A stretch of 64,000 nt of DNA, taken from positions 62,001 to 126,000 of the forward strand of contig NIVC01001681.1 of assembly GCA_002269645.1 (NCBI GenBank). Direction: 5' to 3'. This DNA comes from Macrostomum lignano. Lineage: Eukaryota. The notes beneath the pieces were generated by a model. The model saw nothing but the letters and a program-made list of their open reading frames with translations. It had not been told where the DNA came from and did not search any database. Position numbers and translations under genes: made by a program. Below are positions 13,357 to 24,869 of this stretch, in pieces (the first letter of the stretch is position 1; each line of letters opens with the position of its first letter).

Positions 13357-14364
13357 CCGCTACTAGTGTGCTCTATTTGTAGTGTCTAGGACCGCTACTA
13401 GTGCGCTCTAATTATAGTGTCTAGGACCGCTACTAGTGCGCCCTATTTATAGTGTCTAGGACAGCTACTAGTGCGCTCTATTTATGGTGTCTAGGGTCGC
13501 TACTAGTGCGCCCTATTTATAGTGTCTAGGACAGCTACTAGTGCGCTCTATTTTTAGTGTCTAGGGTCGCTACTAGTGCGCCCTATTTATAGTGTCTAGG
13601 ACAGCTACTAGTGCGCCCTATTTATAGTGTCTAGGGTCGCTACTAGTGCGCCCTATTTATAGTGTCTGGGGTCGCTACTAGGGTCGCTACTAGTGCACCC
13701 TATTTATAGTGTCTAGGGTCGCTAACTAGTGCGCCCTATTTATAGTGTCTGGGGTCGCTACTAGGGTCGCTACTAGTGCGCCCTATTTATAGTGTCTAGG
13801 GTCGCTAACTAGTGCGCCCTATTTATAGTGTCTGGGGTCGCTACTAGTGCGCCCTATTTATAGTGTCTAGGGTCGCTAACTAGTGCGCCCTATTTATAGT
13901 GTCTAGGGTCGCTACTAGTGCGCCCTATTTATAGTGTCTGGGGTCGCTACTAGGGTCGCTACTAGTGCGCCCTATTTATAGTGTCTAGGGTCGCTAACTA
14001 GTGCGCCCTATTTATAGTGTCTGGGGTCGCTAACTAGTGCGCCCTATTTATAGTGTCTAGGGTCGCTAACTAGTGCGCCCTATTTATAGTGTCTGGGGTC
14101 GCTAACTAGTGCGCCCTATTTATAGTGTCTAGGGTCGCTAACTAGTGCGCCCTATTTATAGTGTCTGGGGTCGCTACTAGGGTCGCTACTAGTGCGCCCT
14201 ATTTATAGTGTCTAGGGTCGCTAACTAGTGCGCCCTATTTATAGTGTCTGGGGTCGCTAACTAGTGCGCCCTATTTATAGTGTCTAGGGTCGCTAACTAG
14301 TGCGCCCTATTTATAGTGTCTGGGTCGCTACTAGGGTCGCTACTAGTGCGCCCTATTTATAGTA
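13357..14364. repeat. 35-36-bp array (GTCGCTACTAGTGCGCCCTATTTATAGTGTCTAGG)n
   Basis: Direct reading; occasional GGGTCGCTACTA sub-duplications. Confidence 0.95.
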
Positions 14365-15178
14365 TCTGGCGGCTGGCAGCTATAAAATGAAAATGAAAGG
14401 AGCGTCAAACTTCCTAGCATATTTCTACGTAGAATAGATGCTTGCTTTTACTAGTAGATCAGAATCTCAGAGTCTGGACGCCGCTGTCAGACTGCCTGAC
14501 ATGTAGATAACTAACCATGGCCTTGCACAACATTGAGCAGTAGTTCTCTCTTGTTGCACAATTTCTCAATACACGTTGGTTGGGTTCGATTGATGTAGTT
14601 AATTTGTCAGACAATATGGAATCCAACAGTATTCAGTAAGGTGTATGTAAGCTGAGAAGCTCGGGAGTTCTTCGAGTTCGAACTGACGTCAGTGGCGCAA
14701 TTACAATGGGCCACTTTGGAAAATGCTTTGAAATTCCCCGCCCCCATCCTCCACCCAGCCCAGCCTCACTCGTGCGCCTCATCAATCAGGAAGTCCGGCC
14801 ATGTTAATCAGATGAGTCGCGCATGCAAGGGAGACACCTGCAGAGCTGGGAGAAATTTGGGACAACTGCTGGGGGGTCAGCTTTCTCCTACATAGAAATA
14901 TTGTTTCGTGTTTTGAGAACAAGAGAAAGACAGTTGAGCTGAGAAGTCAGCGCCTCAGGCTGCATTCACTCCAGTTCGAAATCAGAACTCTGGCCTTCGC
15001 CATTGCGCAATGCGATGGGATATCGGAATATGTCGCGTGGCGGACCGTCGGCCTTCCCGTCTGACATTCCCCATCAGATTGCCATCAGAGCGGCGGCTTC
15101 CAGCAAATTTTTTGTTCGCTGACCCAATCCATCGGTTGTGCCTGCTCATATGGGAGAGGGTACGCAGCAGAAGAGCCT

Positions 15179-15447
15179 AGTGTTATATAAGCGCGCAGTG
15201 TTATATAAGCGCGCAGTGCTATATAAGCGCGCAGTGTTATATAAGCGCGCAGTGTTATATAAGCGCGCAGTGTTATATAAGCGCGCAGTGTTATATTAGC
15301 GCGCAGTGCTATATAAGCGCGCAGTGTTATATAAGCGCGCAGTGTTATATGAGCGCACAGTGTTATAAGCGCCTAGTGTTATAGGCGCGTAGAGTTATAT
15401 AAGCGCGCAGTGCTATATAAGCGCCCAGTGCTATAAGCGCGCAGTGT
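15179..15447. repeat. 18-bp array (GCGCGCAGTGTTATATAA)n
   Basis: Direct reading. Confidence 0.93.
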
Positions 15448-16311
15448 TGGGATCACCCCGAAGTCTTTGTAAAATTGTCTTTGTACACTATACAAACTAC
15501 TTCTTCTGACGCTGTTTTTGTTGCTGTTAGCAAGAATTCACTCCCAGACCAGTTAATAGCTATAGCTGTTTCTTGGAATTTAAGAAAACAACCAAGACAC
15601 GACTAAATGAATGTGGCAGAACAGACAATGTGACACAATGCAACATCAACTAAACAGCAGTTTATAAAATTATTTTCGGTGTGTGCGTAGACTGCAATAC
15701 AGAGGGGCAAGGCAAGGCTGGAGAGAAAGACAGGAAAAAATATCGGTCGGTGAAGCGAAAGAGAGGTGGGGAGTTCTGAAATCCACTGAGGATCAACAGT
15801 CAAACAGTTGTGATCTGCAAGGGATTCCTCTGAATATGGGTAGTGGGTTTTACTGCTCACGAAGGCTTGGAGGCTCCTCTTACTTCATCTTTCAATTTAT
15901 ATATGGTCGAACTGAAAACAATGGAATCATTGTGCCGGCAGAATCGTGCGGGATAAATGAGGGCTAGAGGATTCTGTTCCCGATGATAATCCATCTGTTT
16001 TCAGCCTTACTGCAACAAGCTGCCCGCAAGTCTGCTTTTGCCGCCCTCTCCCATCTAACCCCCGGTGTTGAATTATCACTTTTTAGCGATCTCGAGCAAA
16101 TTTATTGTCATCACTGTTGTCATTCTGCTGCAAAAGATGAAATAAATCAAACGCTATAGCTCATTCATTCTGCAGTTGTTGATTTTGCTGAACTGCAGAA
16201 ACAGAGGAACATGTGATTAAAATAGGATTAGTGTTCATTCCTTTGGGACTTGGACAGCTAAAAATGACATTAATTCCAGTTTTATTATCCCTGCCCTGTT
16301 CCATTTTAAGC

Positions 16312-16509
16312 AGCGCCCATTCTACATGGCGCTCATTCTACATGGCGCTCATTCTACATGGCGCTCATTCTACATGGCGCTCATTCTACATGGCACTCAT
16401 TCTACATGGCACTCATTCTACATGGCACTCATTCTACATGGCGCTCATTCTACATGGCACTCATTCTACATGGCACTCATTCTACATGGCACTCATTCTA
16501 TTGTACATG
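16312..16509. repeat. 16-bp array (TCATTCTACATGGCRC)n
   Basis: Direct reading. Confidence 0.93.
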
Positions 16510-17274
16510 GCACCCTCTTAGTCCAGTTTTAGCAAATTCTAAATTCCTTACCTAAAGATCGCCACAGAAGGTTGGCCTGGACATTCACTGCTGCCCACCC
16601 CTGCCGCATTGTTGCGGCTAAAAGACAGACAGGTTTCTTAAGATTCACAGCAACACTCGTGTCTTTATATGCGGGATAATTTAAGGATGCGCGCCAAGGG
16701 CTCCTAGCAACAAGCTTTTGAGTCTCCTCTCTGGCTCTCTCCCTCCCTCATCCTGGCCTCGAAGAAGCTGAAGTCTTGGATAAGAATTTTTCAGATTCTA
16801 AACAGATTCCAAGCAAAATTAGAGTTTCTTTCGGTTTTTTCTCGAGTCCCGCATGAAGAATATATTTTTCCTTTGTCATTCGCAAAACCACCGTCTTATT
16901 TTGTCCTTCTCCAAGCCACGTCCCGTTCTCTTAGCCCCAAACCGATATTGGGGTGCATAGGAGTGACTGCGGTTGCAAAACAGGATTTTGAAGCCTTCAT
17001 CTGCAGAAAATATGAGGGCGCCCACAGGACTTACGGAGGCGATTTCTCAATCAAAAAAAGTTTTTTTATCACTTTGGTCTTGTGTGAATTAGATGAACTA
17101 GAAGCAGATTATGCAAAATTAAACCATGGATTGAATCTGAATTGAACTGCCTATGGCCAAAGACCCGATTGACTGCCATAAAAATAAATACTGTACTTTA
17201 TTTAGACACTCTTAGAAAACAACAAATAGTCTATGGTAGTGGTTGGGGACCCGGCTCCGCCCCTGGGGGTGCTT

Positions 17275-17456
17275 TCACAAGGTCGAAAAGTAAATTATTT
17301 CACAGGGTCGAAACTTCACAAGGTCGAAATTTCACAAGGTTCTACGTTTTCTACGTTGTGAAGTTTCGACCTTATGAAGTCCCTTGCTAAAGTTTTCAAT
17401 GTTGTGAAATTTCGACCTTGTGAAATTTCGATCTTGTGAAATTTCGAGTTTGTGAA
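17275..17456. repeat. Degenerate 16-17-bp repeats in two opposite-facing blocks (CACAAGGTCGAAA / TTTCGACCTTGTG)
   Basis: CACAAGGTCGAAA units at about 17276-17340 and reverse-complement units TTTCGACCTTGTG at about 17380-17455. Confidence 0.75.
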
Positions 17457-18219
17457 ACCCCCCGCCCCCGCACCCCCGTCCCTCACTCTCAAAGTGCAGC
17501 TTAGGCAAACCTGTCTGTGGTGCAATATCGTTGATAAACCTGCTTTTAAAGACGTTAATCTGTAACAGAGAGCACTAGGTAAACTTGGCCGACAAAATAA
17601 TTATACTATAATTTTACATTTCAAACAATTTTTGAACGCAACCAAATTTCTACCCGCTACAATATCTGCGCATGTACGTCACATGCACTCGGTAGTGTAG
17701 GAGTGGGGGTTCCTTTCTCCAGATATCTAGATCTGAGCCCCCCCCCCTTCTGTAGAGAAAAGAAGATCTTAGCAGTTTTTTCGGTAGACCTGCTTACAAA
17801 TGAGAATGAGAGAATGGGATGTTGGAGTCTGGGTCAGGAAACGGGGGGGGGTGGGCAGATTCGGTGAAGTCCCGCGGGCTGTCTGCGGACTCACCCCAAA
17901 CCCTGAGCACCAGCATGCTGGTGGATGCGGGAACGGGCTGTATAATGCTTTTAGATGAAGTTTCATCCCCATTGTAGAGATGCTTATTAAAGTCTGCCTT
18001 CTCGAAACACGGATAGCTGGGCTGTATAGGCTATAGCAAATATTTCTGCAGGTGACCTGTTCTTTATCAGGTCCTTTGTCCCTCTCTTTGTCTCTATCTG
18101 CATAGTGTGGTTCTGTTTCGAAAAAATGCTAATTATTTATCAGAATTGTCGCTAAACTATCGAATACTGATGAATATTCTATGCTGGGTCTTGCCGTCTT
18201 TGTAGGGTCTACTTCAACT

Positions 18220-19095
18220 GGAATCCCCAACTCATAATCCCATTTTGAAATCCCATACTTAAATCCCATTCTGAAATCCCATTTTGAAATCCCATACTTA
18301 AATCCCATTCTGAAATCCCATTTTGAAATCCCATTCTGAAATCCCATTCTGAAATCCTATTCTGAAATCCCATTCTGAAATCCCATTCTGAAATCCTATT
18401 CTGAAATCCCATTCTGAAATCCCATTCTGAAATCCCATTCTGAAATCCCATTTTGAAATCCCATTTTGAAATCCCATTCTGAAATCCCATTCTGAAATCC
18501 GATTCTGAAATCCCATTCTGAAATCCCATACTTAAATCCCATTCTGAAATCCCATTTTGAAATCCCATACTTAAATCCCATTCTGAAATCCCATTTTGAA
18601 ATCCCATTCTGAAATCCCATTCTGAAATCCTATTCTGAAATCCCATTCTGAAATCCCATTCTGAAATCCTATTCTGAAATCCCATTCTGAAATTCCATTC
18701 TGAAATCCCATTCTGAAATCCCATTCTGAAATCCCATTTTGAAATCCGATTTTGAAATCCCATTCTGAAATCCCATTCTGAAATCCCTTTCTGAAATCCC
18801 ATTCTGAAATCCCATTCTGAAATCCCATTCTGAAATCCCATTCTGAAATCCGATTTTGAAATCCCATACTGAAATCCCATACTGAAATCCCATACTGAAA
18901 TCCCATTCTGAAATCCCATTCTGAAATCCCATTCTGAAATCCCATTCTGAAATCCCATTCTGAAATCCGATTTTGAAATACCATACTGAAATCCTATTCT
19001 GAAATCCCATTCTGAAATCCCATTCTGAAATCCCATTCTGACATCTCCAACTCGAAATCCGATTCTAAAATCCCATTTTGAAATCCCCAACTCGA
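18220..19095. repeat. 13-bp array (TCTGAAATCCCAT)n
   Basis: Direct reading. Confidence 0.95.
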
Positions 19096-19918
19096 AACAT
19101 GTTTCGGTAACCTCCAACACGGAAGACAACACAAATGAATGAATAGGGTCTATGTTGACGACATTTATTTCATAAGCATGGTTTCTCTAAAGAAAATATT
19201 TTCCTTGTAAACTAACTATAGAAAAATGCTGTTTGTTGTTCTTCGCTTGTCAAAAAGGAAAAGAAGAGTCATTTGCCACAATACAAGTCTTCGATATTTA
19301 TGAGTTTAGAAATATAGCAGAAATAAGTATGCAACATGACTGTCTGCATATAACATGACTAATTGCTTGCAGCCTGCAGGTGTGTGAGTGGTGACTCTAG
19401 AAATTGTTCTTAGACCTTTCCTCTTTCATATCATAGTCTATGGCTTCAGTCGATATTTCTAAATTCTGCTCATAAAAGTATGCTACTATATGCTCACAGT
19501 GATGCAACAACCCCCTACAAGTTATTGCCCCAAAGCCGCGGCCTCGGATGCGCTGTGATGACGCAACCTCCAGTGCTAGTTCGAATGCAGGTGATATAAG
19601 TATTTAATTACTATTGATATCTGCTTATGAACGTCTGACATGTTATTATTATATAGAATCGATCTTGTTCATAGATGACAGTGCGTGAGAGTTATAACTA
19701 TAGTGGACACAACGCAACTGACCTTCAGTAAATGTAAATATGGGCATTTTATATATAATATGATCATCATTAATAATAAATACATGATCTTGCAGTTTTA
19801 ATCTTGATAGACATCAGTGTACGAGTGTAGCATATTTATAGAATTAATATGCAACTCAGGGCTAGCATAAATGAACGATAATGAGCAGTTTCACTAAGTT
19901 TCACTAAGTTTCACAAAT

Positions 19919-20148
19919 CTTGTCACTCCCGGCTTTTAAATGTCACTCTCAGCTCTCAAATATCACTCTCCGATTTCCAATGTCACTCCAGGATCTCCTA
20001 TGTCACTCCCCGATTTCCAATTTCACTCCCAGATCTCAAATGTCACTCCCAGATCTCAAATGTCACTCCCAGATCTCAAATGTCACTCCCAGATCTCAAA
20101 TGTCACTCTCCGATTTTCAATGTCACTCCCAGATCTCAAATGTCACTC
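19919..20148. repeat. 20-bp array (TGTCACTCCCAGATCTCAAA)n
   Basis: Direct reading. Confidence 0.92.
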
Positions 20149-20838
20149 AATATCATAACACTATCTCTCATTCACTCTAATACCTTATCATATTTTATCA
20201 ATCCGAAAGCTATTCCATTGACCAAATGATGTCATTAAGAAGACAAAACCAATTAAAACACTTCGTTTTTTTAATTTTCACATCGCATGCGCCTCGCTTC
20301 GAAAAGAAAATATCGAACTCTTAAAAGTAGCTAATGTACTTTTGTATAATAATTACGAAGGAATTAGTAACTACATGTATAGTTGAGAGGGCGGCAGCTA
20401 ATGAAAGCAAAATGACGGCATTGCGAGACATGCACTACAGCTTGCCAATAAGTTGAAAAAGATAAACAATTATTTACAAGATAGTTGGCGAGTGCAAGAA
20501 TATTCTGATTGGTTTGAGTTAAAGATTAATTGACAGATTGTTGCAGATGATTAGAAGTTATTAGAATTGAGACACAGAGCAGAGCGTTGCATTTAAAGTA
20601 TAATATGGCTGTTATAGTTAGCGGCGCGATAGAGACAGTTCTCAATTTTATGTACGTCAAATAAAATGTAATGTGATATTATGTAAACTGCGCATGACGC
20701 AACATAGTATTTACACTCGAAGTTTTAGCCAAAGCAGATCGCATTAAAACTGTACAATAGAAATAATAAGAATCACAGCCGATTTTGGTTGATCCAATGT
20801 TGGATCTTCGAGATATTAACAAAAGCAATCAATTTTGT

Positions 20839-23226
20839 TCAAGACTGGCCAAGAACTGCGGGCGGCGCCTGCGGCGGGTAGGTGGCCGGATTGCCGTAGT
20901 CATGCAGCTGCTGCTGGAAATACTGGCTGGCAACTGGCTGGCAACTGTTCGCCCAGGCCGCTGCTGCCGCTGCCGCTGCCGCCGCTGTCATAGAGGGTGA
21001 CTGAGAGCACTGCTGCTGCTGCTGCTCATAGTGATGCTGGTACTGCTGCTGATGATGATGATGATGCAGCTGATGCTGGCTCTGGTGGTGGAGCTGCTGG
21101 TGCTGCTGCTGCTGCTGCTGCTGGCTGAACATCTGATGCGTCGGGCTCCAGAACGGGAAGAACGACTCCTGCTGAGCTGCAGACTCGAACGGCATGCCAG
21201 CGGGGCTGCACAGCGGCGAGTCCGGGCTGCTCTTGATGGCGTCCGAGGCGTGCCGGGAGAAACCGCCGTGGACGGCTGGCGGCGGGGTGGCCGGCGGGAC
21301 TGTCTGAAGAGGCTGGTAGGCGGCGTGGTGAGCGGCTGCAGGATGATGCAGCTGCTGCTGGTGATGATGCTGATGATGCTGGTGTTGGTAGGCCGCCGCC
21401 GCCGACTGCTGCTGCAGGTCGCTGTAGTATTGGGCAGGTACGCGATGAGGCGCCGATTCGGGGCTGTAAAAATTCGGATGCTGGGGCAGCTGGCACTGCT
21501 GATGATGCAGCTGGTGCTGAGTCTGCTGCTCCTGCTGCTGATTGTAGGCGGCCGCGGCAGCGGCGACGGCTGAGTGCGGCGGCTGGTAGGCGCAGGAGAA
21601 GGGCGAGCAGCAGGGGGGCGGCATCATGTCCGAGTTGGGCCCCACGAATGCCTGCAGGCGGAGCGCCTTGGCCGGAGGCAGCGGACCGTCGACCTGGTCG
21701 GTGCAGTCAAGGACCGTCGCTGCTGGCCGGCGCTGGAATATTTGGATTGGAGGGAGTGACAATTTTATAGCGGGTTGTTTTGCGTTAAGTATACGCGGAT
21801 GAAGGGGCGGGAGAAGGGGCGGATGATGGAGGCGGATGAAAAGGCGGATGAAGGGGCGGATGATGAGGTGGATGAAAGGGCGGATGAAGGGGCGGATGAT
21901 GAGGTGGATGAAAGGGCGGATGAAGGGACAGAATGAAAAGGCGGATGAAGGGACATATGATGAGGCGGATGAAAGGGCGGATGAAGGGGACAGATGATGA
22001 GGTGGATGAAAGGGCGGATGATGACGTGGATGAAAGGGCGGGTGAAGGGGCGGATGAAGGGGCGAATGAAGGGGCGGATGAAGGGGCAGATAGTGGGTAG
22101 ATGAAAGGGCGGATGAAGAGGTGGATGAAATGCGTATGAAGGGCGGATGAAGGGACAGATGATGAGGTGGATGAAAGGGCGGGTGATGAGGTGGATGAAA
22201 GGGCGGATGAAGGGGCGGATGAAGGGGCGGATGAAGGGGCGGATGAAGGGGCGGATGAAGGGGCGGATGAAGGGGCGGATGAAGGGGCAGATAGTGGGTA
22301 GATAAAAGGGCGGATGAAGAGGTGGATGAAATGCGTATGAAGGGCGGATGAAGGGGCGGGTGAAGGGGCGGATGAAGTGGCGGGCATACATGAGTAGGGG
22401 GGGGGTTAAAAAAATAACTCAAGAACTCACTGCTAAAGCAGCGGCCGCCGGCCTTTTAGTCGCCTTTCGATTGTTTTTGCGAAACTCTTCGGACGGCTTC
22501 AGATCCGGCGCCGGGTGGTCGTGCGCCCCCTTGGCTTGAAAATAGACGCAGCCGTTCAGGTGGCGCCAGAAATGCGTGACAGGGTAGCCGGAGTGGCCCC
22601 GGCAGGCCTGCAGGACCAGGGTGCCGTCGCATTTGGCGTTGGGGCACGGCTTGCCTGCATCATAGATTTGGGATTGTTCAAATAGCATTGAATACCAAAG
22701 ATAGCTTGTAGAATACAGTACTCATAGTAGTACGTTTCTCTATTAAGAATGCAAGAGCAGAAGCCGTCGCTCACCGCACTGTTTTCTTCTCGCCTTGTCG
22801 CAGATGGCCGGCCGCAGGGCCAGCGGGTTGCCTGTGGGGGCCAGACAGCCGCGGCTGCAGACCAGCACGCCGAGGCAGGACTTCTTCAAGATGCTCACAT
22901 TGTGATTGTTGGTGTTCCGCATCGCCCAGCCGCTGGTGTGCCGTTTGGCCTCGTCCGAGTCCTGGCAATAGGCGTAGCGGCAGTGTCCGTTCGGCCAAAG
23001 CTGGAAGCTGTCGTGCCTGTCGGGCTGTTCGATGGGGAGGTTTGGTTTTAGTATAAATTAAGAGTACTTAAATTAGCGAAATTGACTGCGTATTGGTCGG
23101 TGAGGCGGAGGTTTTAGCGCTTACCAATGGCAGCTTGCTGTCGTTGATGTCCCATGATCTCTTGCTGGCGCTAACCTGCTGCTGCAGCTCTGCACCTCCG
23201 CTGCTGCCGCTGCTTCCCAGAGTCAT
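20839..23226 (-). CDS. gcm: GCM-domain transcription factor, paralog B (489 aa), 4 coding exons: 23226-23125, 23024-22775, 22654-22431, 21732-20839
   Basis: MTLGSS...[11 protein letters not shown] | [13 protein letters not shown]...CDKARRKQC | GKPCPNAKC...[10 protein letters not shown]...ALA | RRPAATV...GQS*. Canonical GTAAG/GTGAG donors and YAG acceptors; introns 1 and 2 at the same positions and all three phases as in paralog A; 1470 nt including TGA. Confidence 0.93.
21795..22380. repeat. 12-bp G-rich array (GGATGAAGGGGC)n filling gcm-B intron 3
   Basis: Direct reading. Confidence 0.93.
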
Positions 23227-23268
23227 GTCTTGTGAATTTTGTGCAGTGAAAATGGCTGATGCTGGCGG

Positions 23269-24869
23269 ATGCGGGCTGAGTGCCTATTTTATTATTACAA
23301 TTATGATTGTTATCTATGCTTTGGGGTACGTGTGCAAAATTTGCGGCTTTCTGTATTGAACTGCCGCCCGCTAGAAACTCGGTACAAGCGCAACTGTCTT
23401 TTGTCCTGGGATTCTTCAAATCTGGGGATCAGAGAGGAGAATGCGGGAATACCTGCTGGTTGTGGCTGGAGGATATGCTGGGGAGGCTCGAGTGGCTTGA
23501 AGGGAAAATTCGATGTGGGCCTCCGCCGAGCTGCGGGTAGGCCTGCTTTAATAGCCGAGCCGGGAGCCCACAGCCCCAGCGCCAATGGGATCGAGGCGGG
23601 TGGGGTTGAGAAGGATGCGTTGGGATTTGGGAAACAATCGCAACGATGGGGGATTGGGGTTGGGGAAACTGCGGGCGGGCAGGAGGGAGGGGAGCTGGGC
23701 ATGCGGGTCTGGGATTGGCCGATGAAGGGGGCCGCGCGTGTATGGTTGGGAGACTTCCCTTCCCAGATTCGTTCGCTGCGTGTGCCACCCCCATCTCCCG
23801 TCTAGATGCGTTTTTCAAAAAATTCTGTGTCCCAAGCCGAGAAGTCGCAGCTCCCAGCAGAAACGGGAGACTGCAGCCTCGTGGAAGGTGTCTCAACAAA
23901 CCATGGGGATTCTGACCCCCCCCCCTCCTAGGGACACTTCAGTTCAGCCGCTAACGGGAAATCCACGCCCCATTACTGAAATTGAAATCTCCCGCCTTTT
24001 CATGATTTTTTCTTCATTTCAATAATCAGTTTTTGTTCTCGGGAGAGGAGAGACAGAGAGGCGCGAGAAGTGGGAAAATGCGGATTATTTCCCGCGTTAT
24101 GGGAGGATATATTCAGTACTGGCTGACTCTCGACAGATACAGGCGGTGCAGAGCTGTGAACCGGTTGCTGTCAGCAGTGCTGGATGTCATTTCAGCTGTT
24201 TCAGGATAGATTTCTGTAGTGACCCCTGGCTGATCCTTGGTGCATAAATCTAGACAAAAAATCACTCGTGGTGGAAGACAAACGACCTCCCCTGCAGCTA
24301 TCCGCTCAGTTCAACTGCACACAGAGAGAAAAGCATCCCTCGGCCCCTTTATCCCCCAGGCTCCGTGCGCCATCATCTGAGTCCGTTTTTAATTGCTCAG
24401 CGCTGCAGAGAAGTTCTGGAGGTGAAGAGAAGTGGGGGTATGGGAGGGGTCTGCTGCGGGAGCAGAAAACTTTAGCCCGAATCTAATCCTAAATCCCCGT
24501 GACCGATAATTATCCCCGTGAAAGATATTAATTTCCTAACCGCGTATGCAGCAGCAGCTGTCATTGTTCCTTTTTAAAACTTTCTATGCATCCCCTCAGT
24601 ATCCCTGCATGTGTTTTATGCCGCATGCGGGATGCTGGTGGTGGGGAGGGGGGAGTCAGACCAGACAGGGGTCAGCGCGCGACAAGTCGGGGAACAATTC
24701 AAGAGTTGAAATCCCCCAACCAACCCCTCTCGGGCTTCATCAATAAACGCCCCAATAGTGTTGCAGCAGCTCCCATGCATACGAATGAGTTTAACGGCTC
24801 AACATGCAGCTTTTTTGCAAGAATAGAATGCGCCCGGCACAAAGGGGCGCACACGCAGACGGTGCGGGT
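23269..24869. promoter_or_regulatory. Cluster of GCM-binding-site matches upstream of gcm-B
   Basis: Exact ATGCGGGY at 23269 and 23701; 7/8 matches at 23441, 23531, 23669, 24625 and 24862 (GCM consensus (A/G)CCCGCAT). Confidence 0.55.

Noticed and set aside
9995-21759. Antisense poly-Leu/Ala ORFs over both exon 4s
   Set aside because: Shadow frames of CAG-rich coding sequence.
20839-22422. 527-aa ORF with PPLHPPLH repeats
   Set aside because: The first ~230 aa are the 12-bp intron array; the real exon starts at 21732.
4930-23226. gcm pair as a simple assembly duplication or allelic haplotypes
   Set aside because: Introns, termini and flanks are unrelated and the copies differ at six positions within the DBD tracts. 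Long-read confirmation is still advisable.
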